Translations under genes and position numbers: made by a program
NCBI GenBank assembly: GCA_037447605.1
Contig: CM074805.1
Span: 2,699,361-2,763,360 of the forward strand
Source: Zygnema circumcarinatum SAG 698-1b
Taxonomy: Eukaryota > Plantae > Zygnematophyceae
DNA: 64,000 bases
Direction of reading: 5' to 3'
Shown here: piece by piece, positions 41,370-52,803 of the stretch
Position numbering within the stretch: the first letter of the stretch is position 1
Layout: each line of letters begins with the position of its first letter
Notes under the pieces: generated by a model
The model's database searches: none
What the model was told of the DNA's origin: nothing
The model's input: the letters and a program-made list of their open reading frames with translations, nothing else

Positions 41370-44300
41370 CTAGAGCAGCTCCCGGAGCGCGTTGTAGAGC
41401 AGCTGCGCCCACGTGTCCTCGGGCCCCGGCTGGCAGTAGTGCAGGCAGTCCGGCGCGCCCGCGTCGTTGGAGCCGCGGTGGCCGTCCACGCGGAGGCTGG
41501 TCGCGTTGTCCACGTCGAGGTACACGCCGCCGTACGCCTCCGCGACCCTCCGCGCGATCGCGTTCTGCGTGGCGAAGTCCGCCCAGTGGTACGCGCGCGG
41601 GAGGAGGGCCGCGGCCTGCCGCCGCGCCGCCGGCCGGGCGTGCTGCATGCACTGCACGTGGCCTGCCGCAGGGAGCAACGCGCAGGCTCACATAGATAAG
41701 CAGCAAGCAAACAAGTAATGCGCGATGGATTCATAGCTCAATGGATAAACAAATGACTAAGCAAACAATAAAACGAACATATAAATAGAGATATAACTCG
41801 TTCGAAATTGATAAGACTGATACACGTTTTTCTCTTTGTAAAAAAGCTTACCAGGAGGAGTGTTTCTCCAGAAGACGAGCGTGTCGGGGTGGTTCTTCCG
41901 AAGGTACTCGAACGTGTCCCGCACGCCCTTCTCAAAGACGGGGTCGTCGCAGAAGTGCGCCCCGCGGTTGAGGACGAGCACGGTCGGCCTCCACTTCTCC
42001 ATGAGCGTGACCCAGGGCGCCTCCCCGTCGAGCGGCACTCTGGTGAGGGAGACCGCGCGGTTGAAGCAGAAGCGCACGGTCACGGGCCGCGCCGCGAAGT
42101 GCTCGTGGCAGAAGGCCGTCCCGCGGCACGTGAACCGCCGCAGCCCGATGTCGTACTCCTTCCCCCCGTCCGGCACGACGTCCACAGGGGGATACTTTTC
42201 TGCACAATTCAAAGACTCGCTGGACAATTCAGGACACATTTAACGCATAATTTGATGGGGAGTTTATTCTATATCACTGCCAGGAAAGCTAGTAAAGAGT
42301 CCCTGTAGATAGGAGTCCATGGCGTGCAGCTTGCGATGCAGGATATGCGGAAATGGCAGGAGGCCCACCCAGATGGGTGGCTTCATACCTGTGTCGGAGC
42401 CCATGAGCAGATTGAAAAATATGTGGCGTTCAAAGCTGGAAGTCATGGAATCTCCCACCAGGAGGATGCTTCTTCCCGGGCCAGCGGCCCTGCGCCTCAA
42501 CAAGAATATGCATGTGAGATTGACGAAACGACTCGCTCATTACTGAATGTATGAGGGGAAAGTCCATGGTCCATGGTGCTACTCTGAGTGCTACAAACCT
42601 TGCAAAAAGAAACAGCATGCAGCCGATGTAATCGATCAGTCGAGCACTTCGAGCGTTGAAGCCACCTACTCACAGAATCCCTTTCGCGAAAACGGCTCGA
42701 GAGGGCACTGCGGTGTGCGCCACTCGTATTTGAGGTCCTCTCTCACACTCCAGTTCCCTCCCCTCTCCGCCACTGCGTCCGCCTCGGGTCCAAATATTCC
42801 TCCTCGCCACACCTGCCTCTGATCGCACCGCGAGATGATGCTGGGCAGTCCCCACGGCTTCAAAAGCCATGGAAGACGGCGGGGAGTCGGATTATAGACC
42901 CATTTTCCCGAAGTCATGAAGCATTCAATCTTTTTTCGCACCCTTTCCGCCGCTTTGGCAGTCTTCAATCTCGAACCCGGAATCGGAGATGGCAACCGGG
43001 GGGGTTGAAGCTGCGGGAGAGGTTGCCCCAATGGAGGCAGAGCTTCGCATGCTTTAACTCGCGTGCGTTCCTCGAGGGTCTGAACGTGCGCTCCGTTCAC
43101 GGTTGGAATCTGATCAAGATCCACTTTTGGAAGAGCAACTGCGAGCGTGTTGTAGAACAGATCCACCCACGCGTCAATAGGGCCCGGCCTGCACAGGCTG
43201 AAGCAGCCATCTGATTGGCCGGAAGCATTCAGCATTGCTGCAGGGCGCGACTTGATCGTGGGATCGACGTCCAAAAAGAGGCCCCCCATGTTTGCAATTG
43301 ATTTGGCCAATTTGTTTTGGCGCTCATAGTCAGAGTTCGGAAAGCGTTGGGGCTCAGGTGGCTGTGAGGCAGACTGAGGGTCCAAATCGGGACAGAACGT
43401 AGAGCCTGCATGAGCGGTAGCAGGAACGCATATTAAAACATTTTCTCGTCACCCTGCTGCCTCTCACAACTCTCACGTTTGTAGACGGGGTTGGTCTCCG
43501 CTAGATGAGTTGAAGGGGGAAGTGGACGAAGTTTTGAAGTGAAGGTGACTAGGAGGTGCACACGGCAAGAGATACAGCTTTGCAGCGAACTGTCTGACAG
43601 CAAATAAGAAGAAGCCTGTTTGTGCATAGACCTACACCTTCCTGAGCAAACTCCAGTAAACACTCTCTGGCAACCCTTTTTTCTCTATGAGCCCTCCTTG
43701 GAAATCAACAACAGAATTTCAGCCCAAATCCTTCCTTGCTCCATGACAAACATCATGGTAGACTGAACCCATACTAGTAACTTGCCCTCAAAACATGAAA
43801 ATGCTGCACAGAAACGTGAACGGCAGGTAGATTTCCTGCCCGCCCTCCCCCACACCAGCTGAAGCTACCAGCATTGCAGGGCCGCAGAATTGTACCTGTA
43901 GGCGTGCTGCGATATATGAAGAGCGTCTCCCGGTATCGCCCAGTGACCCAATGCGCCGCCGCCGCCAAGTTGGTGGTGAAGGTCTCATCGTCCACATCGT
44001 GAGCGGAGTGGCTCATGAGCACCACGGAGGGCCGCCAAAAGGACATGGCCGATATCCATGGCGTGTTCTGGAAGGCCTCCGTGTGGCGCGTGAGGGAGAG
44101 GTTACCGCTGCGAACAAAGCGCACTGCGACGGAGCGGCCGCCGAGCACATCGTGGCAGTAGCGGTAGCCGGAACACAGCTTGCGGTCGCGGCCCTTGTCC
44201 CATTCCAGGCACCCGTTTGGGAAGAGGTTCACTGGAAAGTAGTTTTCTGCAAGGCGGGGAGAGGAGGCTGGTGGGCTGAGAGGGAGAGGAGGGGGCAGAG

Positions 44301-46263
44301 GGGGGAAAGAGGAATTCGTGGGACTTTGTTGACTTTTTTTTACGGTTTACGAGGATGTGGAGTTGAGGTGTTTTCAAAAATTGAGAAAGTAGGCAACAGG
44401 AACAGTCTTGAGGAAAAGTGAGCCTGGAACCATGAGAGCTTTCTATGCAGAGTATGCTCGTGGAGGCAGATTACATGTGACTGCGAAGGGAGAAAATCCG
44501 GACAAAACATGAATGATATGATTGTGTCTATGACCCTGCAGTGCTAGTGCCACTGCCAATCAGAATGGCAAGGGGCGGTCTTCCTTTTCCTCCCGCCTTA
44601 GCACTCTCCTAGCTAGTTCTCTACTTCGAAAAGAAACCAAAAGGCTTCAATCATAAAAGCGCCCTCAAGGGACACTACAGAGCTCTAATAGCTCACCTTG
44701 ACATCCCCACTTGCTATGACTATGGCTGCATCCGCCTCCTCCTATAAAGCTTGAAAAGTTAGGATTGTCCAGAGGAACAAACCTATGCTACTGCGCCAGG
44801 ACTTTACGAAGGAATGTACCCTATATTGGGAATGTCTATGAAAACTATAGTGAAGAAGATTTATTCCCTCTTGTCTTAGGCTTCGTTGCATACTTCGTTT
44901 GCTGATAGCGAGTGAAGCCAACCCCACAACCCTAATCCCAACCCTAATCCCAATCAGGATCGTGAGCCCGCAGTACCCTGATGACCGGTCCCCTGAGCAG
45001 CGCAGCCCTTACCGGCGGCCCCCGCGAGCATGGCGTAGAAGAAGCGGCGCTCAAAGCCCCACGCGAGCTCGTCCCCAATGATGAGAACGCTCGCATTGGC
45101 GCCGAAAGAAGCGGACATGCGCCTGCCACGTGTCACACGCCCAGCCCCCCGTTCCATGCGCACACTATTGACTGTCGGCAATGGCGGACGGACAGACATA
45201 CATCTCATGGCATGGCATGGCATGGGATGGGATGGGGTTGATACTTTTGATCAACGAGCCGATTCCTCAATTTGAATTGAGGGGACTGAAGGCCTTAATT
45301 GTATAAAAAAGGCGATTTTTTGATATTCGCTGACAGGAAAACGAGCATTTTTGTTTTTCTGTTTTAAAGTTCATATGTCGACAATGTTCCTTTAGAGCGT
45401 GATCGCTAAAATGAAGCAAGCATAGAATGCAGCGATGTGGATTAGTTGACTGGAAGATGTCACGCATAAATCATTGCATTTAGTAACTGCAATCAGATTG
45501 TGGAAAAGATGTTATTTACGATGGCCGAGAATAGACAGGGTTTTACATGGAGTAAGATTTGGGAGGTGGTTTGAACCTTAGAGATTATGTCAAGTGGCGG
45601 ACAATAGCAACAGTTTACGAAAGAAATCCTCCTTACGGAATCTTACAAGGGTCCACGAATTCTACTTCTTGAATTTTTTTACAAAACAACAGAAAATGGG
45701 ACAGACCTCATACTGTAACAGTTAATGACTGAAAAAAAACAGAAATAGCTGTTCGAATTGCATATCAAAACACGTCGTAATTAGAAAAAGAAAAAATGAG
45801 CAGAGTTCTCATTCGATTTCCCGCAGTTTCCACGACTCCCCCTTCGACATGCAAGCATAGAATGGACCCACTTGCAAAATTTCTCGTAGCTGAACTCCTC
45901 CCATGGACAACGCTCCATCTCCCACCGCCACTTCACGTCCTCCCTCACCCGCCATGGCTGCCCCCTCTCTGCGGCGCCGTCCGCCTCCTCCCCCTCCGCC
46001 CACCCTCCCACCCCTCTCTCCCGATCGCACTGCGTCTCCCGTCCGTACGATTCCCTGATCCAGGCAACTTTCCTGGGTTTTGGGTTGTACGCCCATCTCC
46101 CCCTCTTGCTGAAGCATGTCAGCACCCCCCGCAGCATCGCGGCCCCGCCCTCCGTCTGCGCATCAGAGCCCTGAACGCCTCCCATGGCCCTCGCCAAAGA
46201 AGCCCACCAAGCAAGACACGTGACGATCAGGATGGCCTTATTCCTTAACCGCAACCTCGCCAT
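41370..46263 (-). CDS. TBL/PC-esterase (SGNH-like O-acyltransferase) protein with two tandem domains
   Basis: N-terminal TM/signal. Domain 1: C..RGRW.YNP...W.W...C...FC, IIGDE, W.P.V..., YRSTPTGH, DGCFSLCRPGP..AW..L.YN.L. Domain 2: C...GKW.YNP..., LVGDS, VLVLNRGAH, FWRNTPPG, DCLHYCQPGPEDTWAQLLYNAL*. The domain junction lies inside one open exon (42666-43385 ORF). Confidence 0.88.
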
Positions 46264-48034
46264 GGATGCGGAGAGGCTGCGCTCCGTGAGTGGGAAAGGG
46301 AGAGGGAGACGGAGAGGGAGAGGGAAAGGCAGCCGGAGTAGGCAGGAGCGCGCGGGGGGCCGGGCCGGGGACCAGGAGAGGGCAGCGGAGGGCTCTTGAG
46401 GGCGTCGCGGAGGGCGAATGGGAAAGCGCCACGTCGGATGGCTAGCGACAGTGTGATACATGGCAGTCCCCGATTGGTAGATCGGACAATGAGTGTCAAC
46501 GTGACGTAATCTGGCGTGCGGGTTTTGCGGGGAGCCCAGGTTGTGGAGGGTTGCGGTGGATCCACGCTTGCCTTGATGTGGATCCGCAGAGGTGGTGGTA
46601 GATCTAGCGTGGATACTGAGTTGATCCTCCAATAGCAGCCCGCAGATCCTGAACGAAATGTCGGTGGCAGGCGGCGGATGCACGACACGTGTCGAGGGCG
46701 GAGGGGGACCAATGGGCGTCCCCGGGGGACCGTTGACGGTTGGTTGACCGCTTCCTTTGGGAATTGGGACTCCCCGCGCTCCCTCCGCCGCCCGCCGCCC
46801 GCCGCCCTCCGTTTTGTCGCCACGTGCGTCACCACCGCGCGAGCGGCGTCCCGCCGCGGCGCCTCGCGCCCGCCGCCTGCCCGCCTGCTCGCTCGCTGCG
46901 AGCTCAGATCTGCACGGGTTTACGGTTCAGGGTCCCTCCCTCGCCACCGCCCGAGCCAGCCTTGCAGCGGAGCGAGCAGAGCGTCGTCTCGCCTTCCCCC
47001 AGTGAACGGTGAGCGGTGAGCCGGCGACGACGGCAAAAGCGCGATCGGTTTTTAGGGACGACGGCGGACTTGAGCAGCGGTGAGTCCTTGCCCTTGCCCC
47101 TGCCTCCCTTACCCTTGCCCCTGCCTCCCGTGCCCTTGCCTCTGCACCTGCCTCCCTTGCCCTTGCCTCTGCACCTGCCTTCCCTGCCCTTCCCCCTGCC
47201 TCCCTTTCCCTTGCCCCTGCCTCCTGTGCTCTTGCACCTGCCCCTGCCTCCCTCGCCTTTGCTCATGCCTCCCTTGTCTCCCTTGGTGCTCTTTTTGCTA
47301 CTGCTGCTGCTGCTGCTTTTTATGCTGCTGTTGTTGATGTTGCTCCTGCTTTTTAAGCTGCCGCTTTTTTTGCTTTTGTTTTTTTTGCTGCTGCTGCTGC
47401 CTCTTCTTCTTCTTCATCTGCTGTTTCTGCTATTGTTTTTGTGTTGTGCTGCTGCCGCTGCTACTGCTGTTGCTGCTGTTTCTGCTGCTACTGCTCTAGC
47501 TGCTGCCGCTTCTCATCCTGCTGCTGCTGTTGATGTTGCTGCTGTTTTTTTTGCTCTTGCTTTTTCTGCTCCTGCTGCTTCCTCCTTCTTCTTCATCTCC
47601 TATTTCTGCTGTTGTTGTTGTGCTGCTGCCGCTGCTTTTGCTGTTGCTGTTGTTTCTGCTGCTACTGCTGCAGCTCCAGCCGCTTCTTATCCTGCTGCTG
47701 CTGCTACAGCTCCTGCTGCTGCTGTTGATGTTGCTGCTGCTGTTGCTGATGTTGTTGCTGCTTTTTATGCTGCTGCTTTTTTTGCTCTTGCTTTTATGCT
47801 AATGCTGCTGTAGGTTTTGTTTTATTTGTATTGTTGCTTCATTCGTCATTCCGCATTCCGCATTCCACGTTCCGTATCTTACCTCCCTTGCCCTTGCCCC
47901 GACATCCTTTGCCTTTGCCCCTTGCTATGTTGCCTTTGCCTCAGTCTTCCCTTCCTTTGCTTGTGCCTCTCGTTCCTTTGCTTATGCTTTTGTTGCGTGT
48001 ATGACTGTGTGTTATTCCTCCCCCTCCCCATTAA

Positions 48035-48104
48035 GTCGAAGTGGCAAATTGGTATTCAACTGTTGCAAAACAGTAATAAAGGGGTTCAAATCCCCTCTTC
48101 GACT
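48035..48104 (+). ncRNA. tRNA-Cys(GCA)-like cloverleaf, copy 1 (degenerate D arm)
   Basis: Acceptor GTCGAAG/CTTCGAC, anticodon arm ACTGTTGCAAAACAGT, T arm AGGGG-TTCAAAT-CCCCT, followed by a T6 run. Confidence 0.65.
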
Positions 48105-48525
48105 CGTACTATTTTTTCATTTGTTTATTTTGATTCATATATAGTGTTTGTGTTTGTGCATTTGATGTAAAATATTTGTGGTTATTTATCTTAGTTGTTT
48201 TTTTTGTTTTTTGAGTTTCCTTCAAAATTTTGAATACCTTGTATACCATATTTTGTTTTGTGCTGCTGTTTCTGCTACTGTTGCTGCTGCTGCTGTTGAT
48301 GCTGCTGCAGCTTTTTGTGGTGTTTCTTTTTCTGCTTTTGCTATTTCTGCTGCAACAGCACCTGCTGCAGCTGTTGATGTTGCTGCTGCAAATTATGCTG
48401 CTGCTTTTTTTGCTCTTGCTTTTTCTGCTGCTGCTGCCTCTTCTTCTTCTTCTTTTGCTGCCCGTTCCTTTGCCTATGCTTGTGTTGTGTATGATTGCAT
48501 GTTATTCCTCTCCCTTCCCCATTAT

Positions 48526-48596
48526 GTCGAAGTGGCGGATTGGTTACGCAACTGTTGCAAAACAGTAATAAAGGGATTCAAATCCCCTCTTCGACT
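48526..48596 (+). ncRNA. tRNA-Cys(GCA)-like cloverleaf, copy 2
   Basis: Acceptor GTCGAAG/CTTCGAC, D arm GCGG-ATTGGTTA-CGC, the same 16-nt anticodon arm, T loop TTCAAAT with one T-stem mismatch. Confidence 0.7.
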
Positions 48597-49629
48597 TGTA
48601 CGATTTATTCATTCTTCTATTTTTATTCATTTATAGTTTTTGTGTTTGTGCTTTTGCTTTTTCTCTGCCCCTCCCCCCTCTTTGTGCACTCTCTCCCATT
48701 CTCACTTTTGTTGTTTGTGCATTCCCCCCATCCCTCACCCGCTTCCTTCTCTCTTTATGCTGGCCTTGGTGCGTTTGTTTTTTGTTTTTCACTCTCTTCG
48801 CAGCTTGGTGTTTGGAAACTCCATTTGAACGGCTGGTCTGCAGACAGACTGTCTTCCTGTCTGTTAAGATTATTCATATAGACGTCCGTCTAGTTTGCCA
48901 CCTGCGACCCTTTCTTTTGCCCATCTCTCCTCATGTTTGTATCCGTGTGCTCACTTGCTCCCTCCCTCCCACTCTCTCTCCCTCTCACGCTCCATTCTCT
49001 GTTTTTCCTTGCCTTGTTCTTCCATCTTCCCCCATTTTTTCCCTTGTTCTTTCCTTTCTTCTTTCCTGTCCCCTCCCTTCTTATCCCTCTTTCGCTTACC
49101 TTGCTGTGTCTTGCCCTCTCTTTTTTCTGTCACTTCCCTTCCTGTTCCACCCTGTGTGTCTCCTTCCCCATCTTAGTATCTGACATCTTAGCATCTTGTG
49201 TTCTTTGCCCCTTCCTTACAGTCTTCTTGTTGTTGTCTCCCTCTTATGCCTTATCCCCGACTCACTCTCGCTCTCCTCTTTAGTGGATCTCAACCCTCTC
49301 CAGTCTCTCTTGTTGATCCTCTTCTTCCCACCCCCGCCCACTTTGTCCCTCCTTTGCCCACACGTCGATCATTCTTTTTCTAATGATATCTTTTGTATTG
49401 TTGTTGAATCAATTGCACCTTTATCAGCTTGTTTCTCCTAAGTCCGGACGTTTTGGATTTTGAGCACACGCAGTTACAAGGGATTCTATAATTGTACTGA
49501 TGGCATCAAATACAGCCCATTGCCGCACTTGATATGGTTGCTAATACCACCAAGTTTTCCAAAAACCAAAGAAGACGGGTTTTCTTGAGTGTGCCGGCAT
49601 AATTTTGTTAGCAAACTACCTATATATGC

Positions 49630-50930
49630 TCAAAACAAAATATGATGTAAAACGTATTCAAAGTTTTGAAGGAAAAGGCAAAAAGCAATAAAAACAACTA
49701 GGAAAAATAACAACAAATATAAGACATGAAGCACAAACACAAAAACTATAAATGAATAAAAATGGAAGAATGAATAAACAGTGCAGGTCGAAGAGGGGAT
49801 TTGAACCCCTTTATTACTGTTTTGCAACAGTTGCGTAACCAATCCGCCATTTCGACTTAATGGGGAGGGGGAGGAATTATATGCAATCATACACACAACA
49901 CAAGCATAAGGAACGGGAAGCACAAGGACAGGGCAATGCGGAATGCGGAAGAAGAATGCAGCAGCAAAAAAGAAAATGAATGCTGCAACAGTAGCAGAAA
50001 AAGCAGCAGCAGAAAAAGCAGCAACAGAAAAAGCAGCGGCAGCAGAAGCAGCAGCAGAAAGGACAACAGCAGCACCAGCACCAGCAGCACAGCAATAGCA
50101 GCAGCAGCAAAAAAAGAAGCAGCAGCAGCAGCAACAGCAACACAGCAACAACAACACAACAACACAACAACACAACAACAGCAGAAAAAGAAGCAGCAAA
50201 AAAAACATCAGAAAAAAAAAGCAATAAAAAAGCACCAGCAGCACTAGCAGCAACAGAACAACAATAGCAGCAGCAGCAGAGAATGAAGCAACAACAAAAG
50301 CAACAGAAAAAGAAGCAGTAAAAAAAACAGCAGCAGCAGCAGCAGCAGAACAACAATAGCAACAGCAACAGGAAAAGAAACAGCAAAAAATGCAACAGAA
50401 AAAGAAGCAGTAAAAAGAGCAGTAGCAGAAAAAGAAGCAAAAGCAGCAGAAGTAGCAGACAAGAAGCAGCAAAAAAAGTAGGAGCACCAGCAGTGGCAGC
50501 AGCAGCAGCAAAAAAAGCAGCGGCAGCAGCAGAAAGACGGCAGGAGCAACAACAGCAGCAGCAGCAACAGCACAACAATAGCAAAACCAGCTGAAAAAGA
50601 AGCAGCAGCAGAAGCAGAGAAAGAAGGAGCACTAAAAGCAGCTGGTGCAGCAGCAGGGGCAGCAGCAGAAAAAGCAGCAGCAGCCTCAGAAAACGAAGCA
50701 GCGAGAAAAGCAGCAGCAGCAGCAGGAGCAGCAACAGAAAGAGCAACAAGGGAGACCAGGGAGGCATGGGCCAGGCCGAGGGAGGCAGGGGCAGAGTGGC
50801 ACAGGCGGGGAGAATGTGGGAGAGATAACAGGGCGAGAGTGATAGAGGGAGATAGCAAGAGAGAGAGAAAGGGGGAACAGAGAGGGAGAGACGAGGGAGA
50901 CAGCAACAGAGGGGAATAGAGAGGGAGTAC
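49630..50930 (-). repeat. Composite repeat family, copy 3 (inverted), GCA-rich on the + strand
   Basis: Reverse-complement homology to 47240-48260, including the tail, the tRNA-like segment and the GCCCATGCCTCCC..TCTCCCTTG junction. Confidence 0.8.
49786..49856 (-). ncRNA. tRNA-Cys(GCA)-like cloverleaf, copy 3
   Basis: Reverse complement reads GTCGAAATGGCGGATTGGTTACGCAACTGTTGCAAAACAGTAATAAAGGGGTTCAAATCCCCTCTTCGAC; one acceptor mismatch. Confidence 0.7.
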
Positions 50931-52625
50931 CTCTTCGCCTTGGCGTCTTCGCTCACCGCTCTCCCGTGGTGCTCACAGTCGCCGGAAAGAGGGCGCTGGT
51001 CAAGGTCTGACTCCCCCTATTGTATCATCCAACACGGGGTCAAGTGCTATTGGACTGTGAACAAAGCTTGGACTTTCGCCATCGGTCCGTTCCATTCCTC
51101 TCCAGCGCGGCCGGTCCTCAGCCTCCCGCGTGCTGACGGCCCTTCCTTCAACGAAGCCGTCGCGAGACAGCGAGTGTGCACTCCGCACGCCCCTAAATCG
51201 AACATGCGGGCATGGCGTGGCATGGCATGGCCTGGCCGTGGCGTGGCATGGCATGGCCTGGCCGTGGCGTGGCATGGCATGGCCNNNNNNNNNNGAATGC
51301 AGCAGCAAAAAAGAAAATGAATGCTGCAACAGTAGCAGAAAAAGCAGCAGCAGAAAAAGCAGCAACAGAAAAAGCAGCGGCAGCAGAAGCAGCAGCAGAA
51401 AGGACAACAGCAGCACCAGCACCAGCAGCACAGCAATAGCAGCAGCAGCAAAAAAAGAAGCAGCAGCAGCAGCAACAGCAACACAGCAACAACAACACAA
51501 CAACACAACAACACAACAACAGCAGAAAAAGAAGCAGCAAAAAAAACATCAGAAAAAAAAAGCAATAAAAAAGCACCAGCAGCACTAGCAGCAACAGAAC
51601 AACAATAGCAGCAGCAGCAGAGAATGAAGCAACAACAAAAGCAACAGAAAAAGAAGCAGTAAAAAAAACAGCAGCAGCAGCAGCAGCAGAACAACAATAG
51701 CAACAGCAACAGGAAAAGAAACAGCAAAAAATGCAACAGAAAAAGAAGCAGTAAAAAGAGCAGTAGCAGAAAAAGAAGCAAAAGCAGCAGAAGTAGCAGA
51801 CAAGAAGCAGCAAAAAAAGTAGGAGCACCAGCAGTGGCAGCAGCAGCAGCAAAAAAAGCAGCGGCAGCAGCAGAAAGACGGCAGGAGCAACAACAGCAGC
51901 AGCAGCAACAGCACAACAATAGCAAAACCAGCTGAAAAAGAAGCAGCAGCAGAAGCAGAGAAAGAAGGAGCACTAAAAGCAGCTGGTGCAGCAGCAGGGG
52001 CAGCAGCAGAAAAAGCAGCAGCAGCCTCAGAAAACGAAGCAGCGAGAAAAGCAGCAGCAGCAGCAGGAGCAGCAACAGAAAGAGCAACAAGGGAGACCAG
52101 GGAGGCATGGGCCAGGCCGAGGGAGGCAGGGGCAGAGTGGCACAGGCGGGGAGAATGTGGGAGAGATAACAGGGCGAGAGTGATAGAGGGAGATAGCAAG
52201 AGAGAGAGAAAGGGGGAACAGAGAGGGAGAGACGAGGGAGACAGCAACAGAGGGGAATAGAGAGGGAGTACCTCTTCGCCTTGGCGTCTTCGCTCACCGC
52301 TCTCCCGTGGTGCTCACAGTCGCCGGAAAGAGGGCGCTGGTCAAGGTCTGACTCCCCCTATTGTATCATCCAACACGGGGTCAAGTGCTATTGGACTGTG
52401 AACAAAGCTTGGACTTTCGCCATCGGTCCGTTCCATTCCTCTCCAGCGCGGCCGGTCCTCAGCCTCCCGCGTGCTGACGGCCCTTCCTTCAACGAAGCCG
52501 TCGCGAGACAGCGAGTGTGCACTCCGCACGCCCCTAAATCGAACATGCGGGCATGGCGTGGCATGGCATGGCCTGGCCGTGGCGTGGCATGGCATGGCCT
52601 GGCCGTGGCGTGGCATGGCATGGCC
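49954..52625 (+). repeat. Apparently identical direct duplication (offset 1341 bp) spanning the N gap 51285-51294; likely assembly artefact
   Basis: 49954-51284 is repeated at 51295-52625; ORF-track entries recur at +1341 (e.g. 50940 vs 52281). Confidence 0.85.
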
Positions 52626-52803
52626 TGGCCGTGGCGTGGCATGGCATGGCCTGGCCGTGGCGTGGCATGGCATGGCCTGGCCGTGGCGTGGCATGGCATG
52701 GCCTGGCCGTGGCGTGGCATGGCATGGCCTGGCCGTGGCGTGGCATGGCATGGCCTGGCCGTGGCGTGGCATGGCATGGCCTGGCCGTGGCGTGGCATGG
52801 CAT
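52550..52803 (+). repeat. 26-bp minisatellite (GCATGGCATGGCCTGGCCGTGGCGTG)x9+
   Basis: Units start at 52561 with period 26; the translation repeats every 26 aa (3 units). A partial copy lies at 51210-51284. Confidence 0.93.

Larger units (their letters stand above)
47085..48680 (+). repeat. Composite repeat family, copies 1 and 2: CCCTTG-rich head, GCT/GTT-rich low-complexity body, tRNA-like segment, T-rich tail
   Basis: Two tandem related units on +; both are homologous in inverted orientation to 49630-50930 (e.g. 48247-48260 CATATTTTGTTTTG vs 49631-49644 CAAAACAAAATATG). Confidence 0.8.

Noticed and set aside
48035-49856. Functional tRNA-Cys genes
   Set aside because: The anticodon arm is 16 nt instead of 17 in all copies and each has further mismatches; reported as tRNA-like instead.
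47016-52297. Long Leu/Ala/Cys/Gln-rich ORFs (up to 416 aa)
   Set aside because: They are open frames through trinucleotide low-complexity repeats on both strands, with no domain motifs.
49954-52625. 1341-bp-offset tandem duplication as a biological repeat
   Set aside because: The copies appear identical and abut a 10-N gap beside a minisatellite, which is the typical signature of an unmerged contig overlap.
52561-52803. CRISPR array
   Set aside because: Head-to-tail repeats with no spacers, in eukaryotic DNA, with no cas genes.
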